From: a virus
Direction: 5' to 3' (one strand)
IMG/VR virus record: IMGVR_UViG_3300032893_000028
Location: 1-64,000 of that record
Length of the DNA: 64,000 bases
The notes under the pieces are model-generated. The model was not told where the DNA came from and made no database searches. It was given only the letters and a program-made list of their open reading frames with translations. The stretch's first letter is position 1; each line of letters opens with the position of its first letter. This document shows, one piece after another, positions 45,343-54,292 of this stretch. A program made the position numbers and the translations under genes.

Positions 45343-47447
45343 GCGATCCTCCTCGCTTCCCCGCGCCCGGGGTCGTGCACCCAGCGCGTTTTGCCCTCCG
45401 CGTCCTTGACCGGCATGACCGGCAAGTGCGGGGCGTCCTTGATCGGCTTGGCGCCCTTGTGCCACCGCCGCATGAGCACGAACGTCGAGCCCGACGGCAC
45501 GCGCGGGAACCACTTGGCCAGGCCCTCGAGCACGACGGCCTGCTGGCGCCAGCCGCGATCGCCCTCGGTCCCGTTCTCGGGGTGCTCGAGAATGGGCTCG
45601 TCATGGAGGAACATGACCGGCCGCGAGCCGACCAAGATCGACCGGCCCGCGTGCGTGCAATCGCTCGAACCGCCGTGGCGGTGCGCGCTCGTGCAACGGC
45701 CCGTGTAGCACTCGTCCCCGAGGCGGAAGAGGATCTCCTTCATCGCGTCGGCGACGCGCCCTTGGAAGAACCCGTTGGCGATGGCGGTGAAGCGCGCGCC
45801 GCCGCGGATGCGGCCGGACATGAGCTGGCGCACCGTGGCCAGCCGCTCGCCGCCCATCATGTCCTCGATGCGCTTGAAGTAGGGCCGGTTCTCCGGCGCG
45901 TACTCGAACCACGCCTCTCGGATCGCCTTGGCCTTCGCCTCGGCCTTCCTGCGGTCGACGTCGAACCACTTGAGGAACTGCGCGCGGTCGAGCTGGGCGG
46001 CGGCGTAGGCGACGAACACGCGCGGGCCCAAGCCGCCGAGAAAGCCGTACTGCGGGATCTTGGCGAACTGGCGCGCGTCCTCCATGTCCTTGTCGCCGGC
46101 GCGCACGGCGGCCTGGAGCGCCTCGGGCGTAACGGTGCCGACGATGCTCGCCGCCAGCGCCTCATGTGGGTCGGGCCCGCCCGACTGCTTCCAGTGGACG
46201 ATCGTGTCGGCCGTCTTGGACCAGCCGAGGAGGTCGAGGCAATTTTCGGCGTGCGCCACCAGCTCGATGGCATCGGCGTCGGTCGAGCAGAAAAGGTAGC
46301 CGTCGCGCGGCACCACCGCCGGGCGCACATCGCCCTTGCGCGGCGGATTCTGGATGTTGGTGCCCTCCTGCCCCTCGGAGCCCGACGAGGCCGTGCGGCC
46401 GGTCTCGACCAGCTCGACGTAGCGGCAGCACACGGGCCGGTCGACGGCGGCGCGCAGCACGGGCCCCCACTGGCCGAGGTGCTTGGCGAAGGACATCGAC
46501 TCGGCCAGGACATGCAGGGCCGGGTCGTCGGTGAGCAGCAGCGTGTCAGCGTCGGTCTTGACCTGCCCGTTGGGGAACTTGCCCGACGGCGGCGTCATCG
46601 GCACCTGCGCGCCCTGCGCCTCGAGCGAGGCGACGACGCGGGCCATGATCTCCTTCATGACCCGCTGAGGCGTGCCGTTGGGGTTGCGCTTGAGGCCGCC
46701 GGTCTTCTTGTCGACCTTGAAGATGCCGGTGTCGTCGAGCGCGTCCTCCATCTTCTCGATCTCGGCGCGGCAGTGGCGCTCGAAGGCCTCGACGCGCTCG
46801 CGCTCGGCGCGGATGCCCCACATCGACATGAGGTGCAGGACCCAGGCGGCGCGCTGCTGCTCGGCCTGGTTGGGCAGCTCGCCGAAGTACTCCCGGATCG
46901 CCTCCTCCTGCGCGTCGTGCACGCGCAGCGCTTCGACCGCGTCGGAGACGGCGTAGTCGACGGCCTCCTGCGGCCACTGCTCGACCGGCACGCCGTCGAG
47001 CTCGGAGTAGCGCAGTCGCCAGGTGTCGACCTTCTCGAGGTGCTCGTCGAAGTAGAGCTCGACCAAGTCGCCGAGGCCGTACGTCGCGCGCGCGACCTTG
47101 CCGCGGTACCGGCGCCACTTGCGCATGCCGAGCGCGATGTCAAGGAGCTTCTGCTTCGTGGAGGTACAGCGCACGCGCCCGGCGGCGTAGGCGTCGAACA
47201 CGAGCGGCACGAGGTCGGGGTCCTCGGCGCAGACCACGCCAAGGTCGTAAGGGAGGTTGTGGCCGACGAGGGCGACCTCCGGGTCGAGCAACCACTGCCG
47301 GATCAGCTCCAGCCCGCGATCGCGGAGCACGACACCGGTGGCGGCGCCGGTCAGGTGCGGGATGGCGAACGACAGACAGACCATGCGCGGCGCGAGGCAC
47401 CCGGCGCGGATGAGGTGGGTCTCCGTGTCGAACGCAACCAGCTTCAT
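45336..47447 (-). CDS. Family A DNA polymerase with 3'-5' exonuclease domain
   Basis: FDTET, GHNLPYD, YAVSD; TGRTAS, NIQN, DADAIEL, RQFAK..YG, HDE. Confidence 0.9.
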   Translation of the reverse strand: MKLVAFDTETHLIRAGCLAPRMVCLSFAIPHLTGAATGVVLRDRGLELIRQWLLDPEVALVGHNLPYDLGVVCAEDPDLVPLVFDAYAAGRVRCTSTKQKLLDIALGMRKWRRYRGKVARATYGLGDLVELYFDEHLEKVDTWRLRYSELDGVPVEQWPQEAVDYAVSDAVEALRVHDAQEEAIREYFGELPNQAEQQRAAWVLHLMSMWGIRAERERVEAFERHCRAEIEKMEDALDDTGIFKVDKKTGGLKRNPNGTPQRVMKEIMARVVASLEAQGAQVPMTPPSGKFPNGQVKTDADTLLLTDDPALHVLAESMSFAKHLGQWGPVLRAAVDRPVCCRYVELVETGRTASSGSEGQEGTNIQNPPRKGDVRPAVVPRDGYLFCSTDADAIELVAHAENCLDLLGWSKTADTIVHWKQSGGPDPHEALAASIVGTVTPEALQAAVRAGDKDMEDARQFAKIPQYGFLGGLGPRVFVAYAAAQLDRAQFLKWFDVDRRKAEAKAKAIREAWFEYAPENRPYFKRIEDMMGGERLATVRQLMSGRIRGGARFTAIANGFFQGRVADAMKEILFRLGDECYTGRCTSAHRHGGSSDCTHAGRSILVGSRPVMFLHDEPILEHPENGTEGDRGWRQQAVVLEGLAKWFPRVPSGSTFVLMRRWHKGAKPIKDAPHLPVMPVKDAEGKTRWVHDPGRGEARRIAC

Positions 47448-47629
47448 GTACGATCTTCAATGGGCTGGAACTTACGAGGATCCTTACCGCGCGATCGAGC
47501 CGCGTCTGCACACGTCTTGCAAACGTTACTGTAGATGCCCGTCAGGACTGTGCAGGGGTCTTGGAGCACGCGCCCGCACATCGCTACGCGCGTCGACCCG
47601 GCCCATAAGAAATGGAATTTGCGCTTCAT
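47444..47629 (-). CDS. Small Cys-containing protein
   Basis: ATGA coupling; CG...CKTC. Confidence 0.5.
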   Translation of the reverse strand: MKRKFHFLWAGSTRVAMCGRVLQDPCTVLTGIYSNVCKTCADAARSRGKDPRKFQPIEDRT

Positions 47630-47769
47630 CGAATCGCGTGCTCCTCGTCGGCTCCGACGCAGCGGCCGTGATGTAGCTCGGTCGGACGCTGCTCGTGGAC
47701 GATCTGGGCGACGCGCGCGCCCTGCTCGCGCGACATACCGTCGCGGGTGCCAGTGAAGCCGACGATCAC
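47626..47769 (-). pseudogene. Truncated SLOG/YspA-like fragment
   Basis: VGFTGTRDGM...ELHHGRCVGAD ending abruptly at a junction repeat. Confidence 0.5.
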
Positions 47770-47912
47770 GTCGCCCTCTTCTTGCGCGCCTTGATCGCCG
47801 CCGCGCACTCCTTGCAGAACGGTCGCTCGGCCATTTCGAGGTTGTAGCCGGCGCCGCTCTTGCGCTTGGCCCTCTCGTTCTTGGTCATCTGGCACTTCTT
47901 ACACAGCTTCAT
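47766..47912 (-). CDS. Small CxxC...CxxC protein
   Basis: MKLCKKC...FCKEC; GGAGGAG RBS. Confidence 0.5.
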   Translation of the reverse strand: MKLCKKCQMTKNERAKRKSGAGYNLEMAERPFCKECAAAIKARKKRAT

Positions 47913-47932
47913 CGAATGCTCCTCCGACACGA

Positions 47933-48139
47933 CTAGCACCCAACGCGAAGCGCACTCACGATCGCATCCAAGCAATCGTTACACGCCACGAGGCGATCTC
48001 CTTTTAGGGCGGCGTATGCGGCATGATCGATATTCTGGAAAGTGAATTCCAGCGGTTGAACTACACGTTTGCACCACGTCTCATGCTTCTTGTCTTCATG
48101 CGTATGCTGAACGCACTTGATCCATGTGGGCCGATTCAT
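47933..48139 (-). CDS. Hypothetical protein
   Basis: MNRPTWIKC...; lower GC. Confidence 0.5.
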   Translation of the reverse strand: MNRPTWIKCVQHTHEDKKHETWCKRVVQPLEFTFQNIDHAAYAALKGDRLVACNDCLDAIVSALRVGC

Positions 48140-48351
48140 CGGATCGCGTGCTCCTCGTCGACGACGTAGCGGCGCTCGAGCGCGCGGCAGGCCGCCAGCG
48201 CCTCCTCGGCCGCCAGCGCGCGACGCTGGAGCCGCTGCACGTCGTAGCGCACCGGCTCGAACCACAGCCACGTCATGAACGCCCCGAGCCCCGCCGCGCC
48301 GACAGCGAGCAGGCACAGCGTGCCGAACAGAACCCAATCCGCGGACGACAT
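48136..48351 (-). CDS. Small membrane protein
   Basis: N-terminal TM; AGGAGG RBS. Confidence 0.55.
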   Translation of the reverse strand: MSSADWVLFGTLCLLAVGAAGLGAFMTWLWFEPVRYDVQRLQRRALAAEEALAACRALERRYVVDEEHAIR

Positions 48352-48353
48352 CG

Positions 48354-48584
48354 CTACCTCCTGCCGAACTTGGGGAACGCCCCGACCGGCGGCGACCACG
48401 CCGCGCGAATCTCGCTCTTCTCGATGAACTCGTGGTTGCGCGACGAGTTGGACCTGCGCTCGCGCTGGCGGACGAGCGACCGCGCCCGGCGCAGATGCTT
48501 AGGCTCGGCCTCGGGCGGGCCGCCGTGAAGGCAGCGCTCGCCGGGGACGCGTGGGAGGCCGCAGTAGCAGGTCGACTTGCTCAT
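48354..48584 (-). CDS. Hypothetical protein
   Basis: Coupled ORF. Confidence 0.45.
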   Translation of the reverse strand: MSKSTCYCGLPRVPGERCLHGGPPEAEPKHLRRARSLVRQRERRSNSSRNHEFIEKSEIRAAWSPPVGAFPKFGRR

Positions 48585-49123
48585 CCATCCACCGTTCCGC
48601 AGATACCACAGAACGGACCGAGTAGCGTCCGCTTGCCGGCGTCATAGTCCTTGTGCCACTGCGCCCGGCATTGGCGCTGCGCCACGCGCGCTCGCTTCCC
48701 CGTGCTCCCCGTCCCCTTGGCGCCGCGCGCCGAGGGCGACAGCTCGTCGACGACCGTCAGGCGTACCCCGGGCACGCGGGCGAAGAGCATCTGGCAGCAG
48801 CGCTCGCCGGGCTGGACGTCGTAGGCGCGGTCGCCATGATTGAAGAGTAGCGCCTTGACCTCGCCGCGGAAGTCGCTGTCGATCGTGCCCCAGAACTCGA
48901 CCACGCCGTCGTCGAACGCCAGGCCCGAGCGCGGCACGATATGCGCCACCCAGCCCGAGGGGACCTCCATCGCGAACCCGAGCGGCACGACCGCGCGGCA
49001 GTCCGGGTAGACGCGGATCTGTGTCTCCGCCGCCGAGCAGCAGTCCAGCCCGGCCGCGCCCTCGGTCATGCGCTCGGGCAGCCGAGCCGTCGGGCGGAGA
49101 AGCTTGATGCGGACGTCGATCAC
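48581..49123 (-). CDS. dut: dUTPase (trimeric type)
   Basis: AAGLD, PRSGLA, GTIDSDFRGE and RGAKGTGSTG motifs. Confidence 0.92.
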   Translation of the reverse strand: MIDVRIKLLRPTARLPERMTEGAAGLDCCSAAETQIRVYPDCRAVVPLGFAMEVPSGWVAHIVPRSGLAFDDGVVEFWGTIDSDFRGEVKALLFNHGDRAYDVQPGERCCQMLFARVPGVRLTVVDELSPSARGAKGTGSTGKRARVAQRQCRAQWHKDYDAGKRTLLGPFCGICGTVDG

Positions 49124-49323
49124 TTCCGCTCCAGCTCGCGCTTGACCGCGCGCAAGGCCGCGCCGACGCAGCGCAGACAGGTACGGCAGAGGCGAGCCCG
49201 CTGCGATGTGGTCGGAATCATCCAACCTGCGACGAGTTCGCCTTGCTTGCATAGATCGCATACACCATCGCCCACGTTGATCGTGGTCTGAATCGTGCGA
49301 GACATCCCCGATACCTCCAGCAG

Positions 49324-49404
49324 TGGGCGCTCGTGGAGTCGAACCACGTCGGCCGAAGCTGCGGCTCTACAGGCCGCCCCGCGTCCCTAACGGTCTACGC
49401 GCCC
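49324..49404 (-). tRNA. tRNA-Tyr(GTA)
   Basis: GGGCGC acceptor stem, anticodon arm GCGGC-CT-GTA-GA-GCCGC, long variable arm, T arm CGTGG-TTCGACT-CCACG, discriminator A; CCA not encoded. Confidence 0.85.
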
Positions 49405-50021
49405 GGCTGAAGCGGGTTGACCTGCCAGCTCGGTTCAACCTGGCGCCAGACCTCGGCGGCCTGGGCGAACTCCGTGGCGTTGAGCGCTCGCAGGTTCACG
49501 TTGATGAACTGCTGGCCCGTGCGCCCGTCGAGCTTGGGCTTGCCGAGCTTGTCCACCGCCGGAACGCCATCGGACGCAAACATGAGACCGGTGAAAGGCT
49601 GTTCGGAAGAATACGTCTTGACCGTGCCGGGCGTGTCAACGTCGTGGGGCCCACATCCGCAGGCGGCCATGATGAACTTGGCGATGCGGCTGTCGTAGCC
49701 TTCCTTGTCGGCGCGCTCCATGATCGTGCGCGGGGTGCCGACCTGGACCTTGGGGTTGTTGGTCGCGACCACGCGCACTTCCACGAGGTACGTACCAATC
49801 TTGCCGATGCGCGTCCTGAAGTACTTGATGCGGTCGACCACGAGGATTTGGGAGCACTGTCCGTCGGTGAAGAGCTGCGGGTAGCGCGCGCCCCCGGCCT
49901 TCTGCGCCGCATCACTCATGTTGGCGAAGTCGTCGTAGCCGTCATCGGCGGGGGCCTGCGCCGCGGCCTGGGGCGGCGCAGTCTCCGGGGCGGTGGCGGG
50001 GCGTTTGTCGAAGATTCCCAT
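49395..50021 (-). CDS. Hypothetical protein, possible ssDNA-binding protein
   Basis: Strong AGGAG RBS, own promoter, beta-rich core, replication-region location. Confidence 0.45.
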   Translation of the reverse strand: MGIFDKRPATAPETAPPQAAAQAPADDGYDDFANMSDAAQKAGGARYPQLFTDGQCSQILVVDRIKYFRTRIGKIGTYLVEVRVVATNNPKVQVGTPRTIMERADKEGYDSRIAKFIMAACGCGPHDVDTPGTVKTYSSEQPFTGLMFASDGVPAVDKLGKPKLDGRTGQQFINVNLRALNATEFAQAAEVWRQVEPSWQVNPLQPGA

Positions 50022-50056
50022 GCTTGAATTCTCCTGTTTGAAGGTGAAATGTGAAG

Positions 50057-50099
50057 ATCATGCTCGCCTACTGGCGAACGTTCGTCAACAGAAATCTAC
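50057..50099 (-). promoter_or_regulatory. Early-type promoter, copy 7 (-10 box unclear)
   Basis: AGATTTCTG-TTGACG-AAC. Confidence 0.55.
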
Positions 50100-50101
50100 T
50101 C

Positions 50102-50362
50102 AGTCGTGAACGCGAGGGACGAGGGTAGAACTTCAATCGGCTTGCTAATCACTTGCGGCTCATTTCTCACCACTGACCGCTGAGCGCTGTTTCAGCTAAA
50201 CGCTGACCGCTCGGGTGCCGATGGTTTTTGCCTTGTGAGGGCGTCAATGTATGCCTCGCATACGCACCGTCGTGCGCGACATCGTCATACTGACCGACGC
50301 GCGACCAAACGATGGAGTTTGCCGATTCCGTCGCCCTATCCTCGTCCCTCGCGTCCACGACT
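50102..50362 (-). ncRNA. Candidate structured ncRNA with a heptamer array
   Basis: 27-bp terminal inverted repeat (50102-50128/50336-50362), nested 7-bp stem, ten AG-initiated units at 50140-50211; no credible ORF. Confidence 0.65.
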
Positions 50363-50369
50363 TCCTGAT

Positions 50370-50870
50370 CTAGACCAAGAGCGTCTTGTGATTGATCGTC
50401 TCGACGGCATCGTTGAGCGCGTCGAATGCCTCTTGCTCGGTGCAGATCATCTCCGTCCGCATCATCTCCGGGCAGTCGCACACGGTGAGCACCGGAATGT
50501 CGGCGTACTGCCCGTTCATCACCACGCGTGTGAGCTTGTTGAGCTTCTTGCTATTCTGCACCGTCAAGCTCTTCAGCCACACGATGCGCGCCTTGTGCTC
50601 CTGCAGCTCCGCCGTGGCCTGCGCCAGCGGCATTTCGCGCTCGCCCACCTTGATCACTGTTCGCGCATTGGTGACGCGCAGCTGCGATTCGAGCCCAATC
50701 AGCTCGACGCGAATCGCGTTGGCGCGCTCCAGCATCGCGTTGAACGCGAACGCCGGAGGATCCGACTCCTGATACGTCACCGACGCTGCGGCGCGGTCCA
50801 GAGTCTCCTTGTACTCGCCCTTGAGCTTCGCGATGCGCCGAAGTGCCTGCGAGATCGTTTTCCGTTCCAT
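50370..50870 (-). CDS. Coiled-coil protein, DIP1984/septicolysin-like
   Basis: TISQALRRIAKLK...LIGLESQLRVTNARTVI...LAQA...LNDAVETINHKT pattern, recognised from memory of the family. Confidence 0.6.
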   Translation of the reverse strand: MERKTISQALRRIAKLKGEYKETLDRAAASVTYQESDPPAFAFNAMLERANAIRVELIGLESQLRVTNARTVIKVGEREMPLAQATAELQEHKARIVWLKSLTVQNSKKLNKLTRVVMNGQYADIPVLTVCDCPEMMRTEMICTEQEAFDALNDAVETINHKTLLV

Positions 50871-50895
50871 CCCTGTTTACCTCCGTCGAGAAGTC

Positions 50896-50935
50896 AACCT
50901 AGACTCCTCTGTCGCGTTCGTCAACTAAAATCTTT
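50896..50935 (-). promoter_or_regulatory. Early-type promoter, copy 8
   Basis: AGATTTTAG-TTGACG-N17-TAGGTT. Confidence 0.75.
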
Positions 50936-52804
50936 CTATCCGCCGCACCGCTCGTCTTCCTCGACGAAATCTAGGCCGACCTTGTCGGCGTAGTAGAGGC
51001 GCTGGGGCTCCTTGGTCTCCGTGTCGCGCCACGCCTCGCGCCAGGCGGCGCAGAGCGCATTGCGCAGCGCGCGGTCGCCGACGTGCACGGCGCACTCGAC
51101 CTCCTCGGCGCGCTGGCCGGCGCGGTGCCAGCGCCCGAGGAGCTGCTCCCAGCGGCCGTTGGATGACGGCGGGGTCAGGACCAGGCCCCGGCGGAAGTGC
51201 TGCAGGTTCTTGCCCGTGCCATGCGCAGCGATGCTGGCGGCGCAGGCCGGCCCGCGGAACTCGACGATCTGGTCGCCCTCCGAGCCGGCGCGGAAGACCG
51301 GCAGCCCGCGCGAGGCCAGCTTCTCGCCGACAGCGCGGTGGTCGTACCAGACGACCAGCGGCCCCGCGCCCTCGCCGACCGCGCGCTCGACGTCGCGCCA
51401 GACCAGCTCGCGGTCGAGCCAGACCGTCTCCTTGGGCGGCTCGGGCCGGTAACGGTCGGCGACGGCGAGCCACGCGGCGTATTCGGCCGACTGCACCTCG
51501 CCGCGCTCGACCGCCCGGCGGAGCAGCTCCGGCGAGTCGCAGCCCGAGCGCGAGCGGCGCGAGAGCCAATCGCGCTGGAATCCGCGCCAGGCCGCGCGGG
51601 CGTCGAGCCACTCCTGGTCCTTGCCGTTCGGCCACACCCAGCGGTAGTAGAAGCCGAGGTAGAGCTGCTTGGCGAAGCGCGCCACCTCCTTGGCGTCGAC
51701 CAGGTCCTGACCGCCGACGGACCACAGCTTGCGCAGTTCGGCGAGCGCTGCGGCGACTGGGGCCGACTCGGGCATAGTCCGGCCGCGCAGCATCAGCCGG
51801 CAGTCGACCGATGCGCCGGACGTGGCCACGACACCCGGAGTCTCGGTCGCGCGGCGGCGGAAGATGCGCCAGGCGACGAGGCGGCGCACGGTCAAAGCCG
51901 AAGAGTGGTCCGAGACGAAGAGCTGTTGTTCTTCGTGCGATAGCTTGCTTATTTCGCCTTCCAGGTCCGCCGGGCCGCAGAGGTCGAGCAGTGCGCCGGG
52001 CTCTATCGGGTCGGCGCCGGCCTCGGGGTTGGGGTCCACGGCCCGGCCCCAATCGTCGGCCTCGTGGAAGCTGCGCGGGACGTGGGAGAGCGCGCGGAGC
52101 GACCGCGCGGGGAGCCGGCGCGAGCGCTTGACGCCCTTGGAGCCGAGCGTGCCCGATAAGAAGCAGACCGGCGCGTCGGGGCGCGCGTCGGCCTCGCGCC
52201 AGAAGCGCTCGGAGCGCACCGAGTCGTTCTCGAGCGTGTGCGCCTCGTTGCAGATGAAAGCGTCGGGGTCGAGGCGCTCGAGCACGTCGCCCTTCGAGGT
52301 CGAGGAGAGCTCGGAGTAGGAGACGACGCCGACGATCCGGTCGAGCGGCAGGCGAAAGTGACGGCCGTAGCGGGGGAGGTCCACGTCGAGCATCTGCGAC
52401 TTGAGTCTGGCCTCGGTCAGGATGACGGCGCGCCGGGCCTGGAGCGCGTCGGGCAGGAGGAGGCAGGCGAGCTCCTTGCCATGCCCGACGCCGACCGGGG
52501 CATAGAGCCCCCCGACGCGCTCGGCCTCGAGCAGCACGGCCGACTGTATGGGGCGCAGGCGCGGCTGGCGCGGGTGACCGTCGGGGTCGCGGCAGAGGTC
52601 GCAGCCGGGGCAGTCGGCGTTGGGGATTAACCAGATGGGCGTGAGGTCGACGGCGGCGGGGTCAAGGACGCGGCGCGGGAGGGTCGAGATCCGCTTCCAC
52701 TCCGAGGACCGCCCGACGCCCTTGGCCGCCAGCGCGCGGTCGGCGAGCGTGCCGCGCTTGATGGCGACGCCGGTCTTCTCGCGGAGGAGGTCGGAGAGGG
52801 ACAC
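50936..52804 (-). CDS. Superfamily 2 helicase
   Basis: LRPIQ, GVGHGKE, CNEAH, LSGT, GTGKNLQ and EQLLGRWHRAGQ motifs. Confidence 0.8.
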   Translation of the reverse strand: MSLSDLLREKTGVAIKRGTLADRALAAKGVGRSSEWKRISTLPRRVLDPAAVDLTPIWLIPNADCPGCDLCRDPDGHPRQPRLRPIQSAVLLEAERVGGLYAPVGVGHGKELACLLLPDALQARRAVILTEARLKSQMLDVDLPRYGRHFRLPLDRIVGVVSYSELSSTSKGDVLERLDPDAFICNEAHTLENDSVRSERFWREADARPDAPVCFLSGTLGSKGVKRSRRLPARSLRALSHVPRSFHEADDWGRAVDPNPEAGADPIEPGALLDLCGPADLEGEISKLSHEEQQLFVSDHSSALTVRRLVAWRIFRRRATETPGVVATSGASVDCRLMLRGRTMPESAPVAAALAELRKLWSVGGQDLVDAKEVARFAKQLYLGFYYRWVWPNGKDQEWLDARAAWRGFQRDWLSRRSRSGCDSPELLRRAVERGEVQSAEYAAWLAVADRYRPEPPKETVWLDRELVWRDVERAVGEGAGPLVVWYDHRAVGEKLASRGLPVFRAGSEGDQIVEFRGPACAASIAAHGTGKNLQHFRRGLVLTPPSSNGRWEQLLGRWHRAGQRAEEVECAVHVGDRALRNALCAAWREAWRDTETKEPQRLYYADKVGLDFVEEDERCGG

Positions 52805-52807
52805 GAG

Positions 52808-53026
52808 TTAGCGGAGGCCCACTTCGCCCAGCTTACGGGACAGGATGGCGCCTTCGGCATGGTCAGACCATCCAACAATGTGCCAGCCCCGAGACCCATA
52901 TTCGCGATCAATACGTGAGAGAAAATCGGGGATGGACTCGTCGTCAGCTAGATGCTGATTCCATCCAGAGCCTACCGATTTTCTACGACTCCATGCGACG
53001 AACATATGCTCATAGCGCTGCATCAT
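52808..53026 (-). CDS. DUF4177-like small protein
   Basis: MQRYEH...YGSRGWHIV; ATGA coupling. Confidence 0.5.
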   Translation of the reverse strand: MMQRYEHMFVAWSRRKSVGSGWNQHLADDESIPDFLSRIDREYGSRGWHIVGWSDHAEGAILSRKLGEVGLR

Positions 53027-54021
53027 TTCTCCCACGGCAGCCGCTCGACCTCGCACCCGGCCGCGCGGTGGTGGCCGCCCCCGCCGAAGGCCTTGGCGAT
53101 GGCGGAGACGTCGGGGGCGGTCCGAACGGCGACAGTACGCATGCCGATGTATACGTTCTCTGGGTGTAGCTCCTCCGAATCTACGTCCCGGCTGCGCAGC
53201 GACACGCGCCACTTGCCCGACGGGCCGTCCTTGTAGTAGACGACCCCAATCGCATCGAAGCCCCGGCGCGCGGACTCGAGCGCGAGCGCCTCGCCAACCT
53301 CGCTCTGCAGGACCGAGGAGCAGGCGGCGAGGGCACTCGCGAACTTCACCGGACCGAAAGACGCGTCACCATTCTCGACGATTGGATCGATGTATTCGAT
53401 CTCCACCTCCTCCGCGGTCGCGACGATGCGCTCGACCATGAGGCGCTCGGCGCGGAGGATGACGGCGCCGTCCTGCATGAGCGACTCGCTGATCGGGCTG
53501 AATCTACAATCATTATAAATTGGGATCAGCGCGCGGAAGTCCGTCAGCGCGCCGGAGGCCGCGAGCGCCGCCGAGACCTCCTTCGAGTGCGGCAGCTCCC
53601 AGCGCCAGAGATCGCGGTCCTGGACGTAGGCGAACAGCTCGGGGAGCATTGTTTCGTTTCGCGACGTCGTACGCCCGTGGAATCGGAACCACGCCAGCGC
53701 CGCGCCCGAGTGGTCCATGTCGAACGTGCAGAACTCAAGTCCCTCGCAGTCGGCCTTCGCCGACTTGTGGTGGTCGATCACTTCGAGATGTCCACCGTCC
53801 GGCGACGCGCACGCCGCCGCCATCCGCTCCAGTTCCGCCCGCGGGTACGAGAAGTCGAGCACGTATACGTCGCGCCCGCGCACCTCGTCGTCCGTCGGCG
53901 CCGGGTCACCGTAGCTCGCCGGGCGGTACTCGGCCTCGTCGCCGAACTTGAGCCAGGCCGCGAGCGCCGCGGCGGCGCCGTCGAGGCAGCCCTTGTGGTA
54001 GATAATGAGGGGCTTGCTCAC
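53023..54021 (-). CDS. DHH/DHHA1 phosphoesterase
   Basis: YHKGCLDG, LDFS, IDHH, DRDLW, SLRS and GGGGH..AAG motifs. Confidence 0.9.
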   Translation of the reverse strand: MSKPLIIYHKGCLDGAAAALAAWLKFGDEAEYRPASYGDPAPTDDEVRGRDVYVLDFSYPRAELERMAAACASPDGGHLEVIDHHKSAKADCEGLEFCTFDMDHSGAALAWFRFHGRTTSRNETMLPELFAYVQDRDLWRWELPHSKEVSAALAASGALTDFRALIPIYNDCRFSPISESLMQDGAVILRAERLMVERIVATAEEVEIEYIDPIVENGDASFGPVKFASALAACSSVLQSEVGEALALESARRGFDAIGVVYYKDGPSGKWRVSLRSRDVDSEELHPENVYIGMRTVAVRTAPDVSAIAKAFGGGGHHRAAGCEVERLPWEK

Positions 54022-54290
54022 GACGACACCGCCGCCAGCAGCTTCTCGAGCTGACGGATCTTTCCGATCGCCAATCGCTTTCTCCTGAACGCTCCGAAGA
54101 AGACGCGCCTGCCGCGCGCGTCGACCTTCGAGACGACGAAACGGCGATACGACGAGCGCGTGATGCGGTAGCCGCTCGGCGAGCGGATGTCGCTCCGATT
54201 GGCCCACCAGCCCTCGGGAATGCCATACTTCTTCTCGTAGGCGCGCACGGCGCGCTCCACGAATGTTTCACGACACAGCATCTTCTTCAC
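54018..54290 (-). CDS. Hypothetical basic protein
   Basis: Coupled ORF. Confidence 0.5.
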   Translation of the reverse strand: MKKMLCRETFVERAVRAYEKKYGIPEGWWANRSDIRSPSGYRITRSSYRRFVVSKVDARGRRVFFGAFRRKRLAIGKIRQLEKLLAAVSS

Positions 54291-54292
54291 GC

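Noticed and set aside
50102-50362. Retron msr-msd, CRISPR array or MITE interpretation of the inverted-repeat element
   Set aside because: No reverse transcriptase or transposase in the window, no target-site duplication seen, and the units are 7 nt with no repeat-spacer structure.
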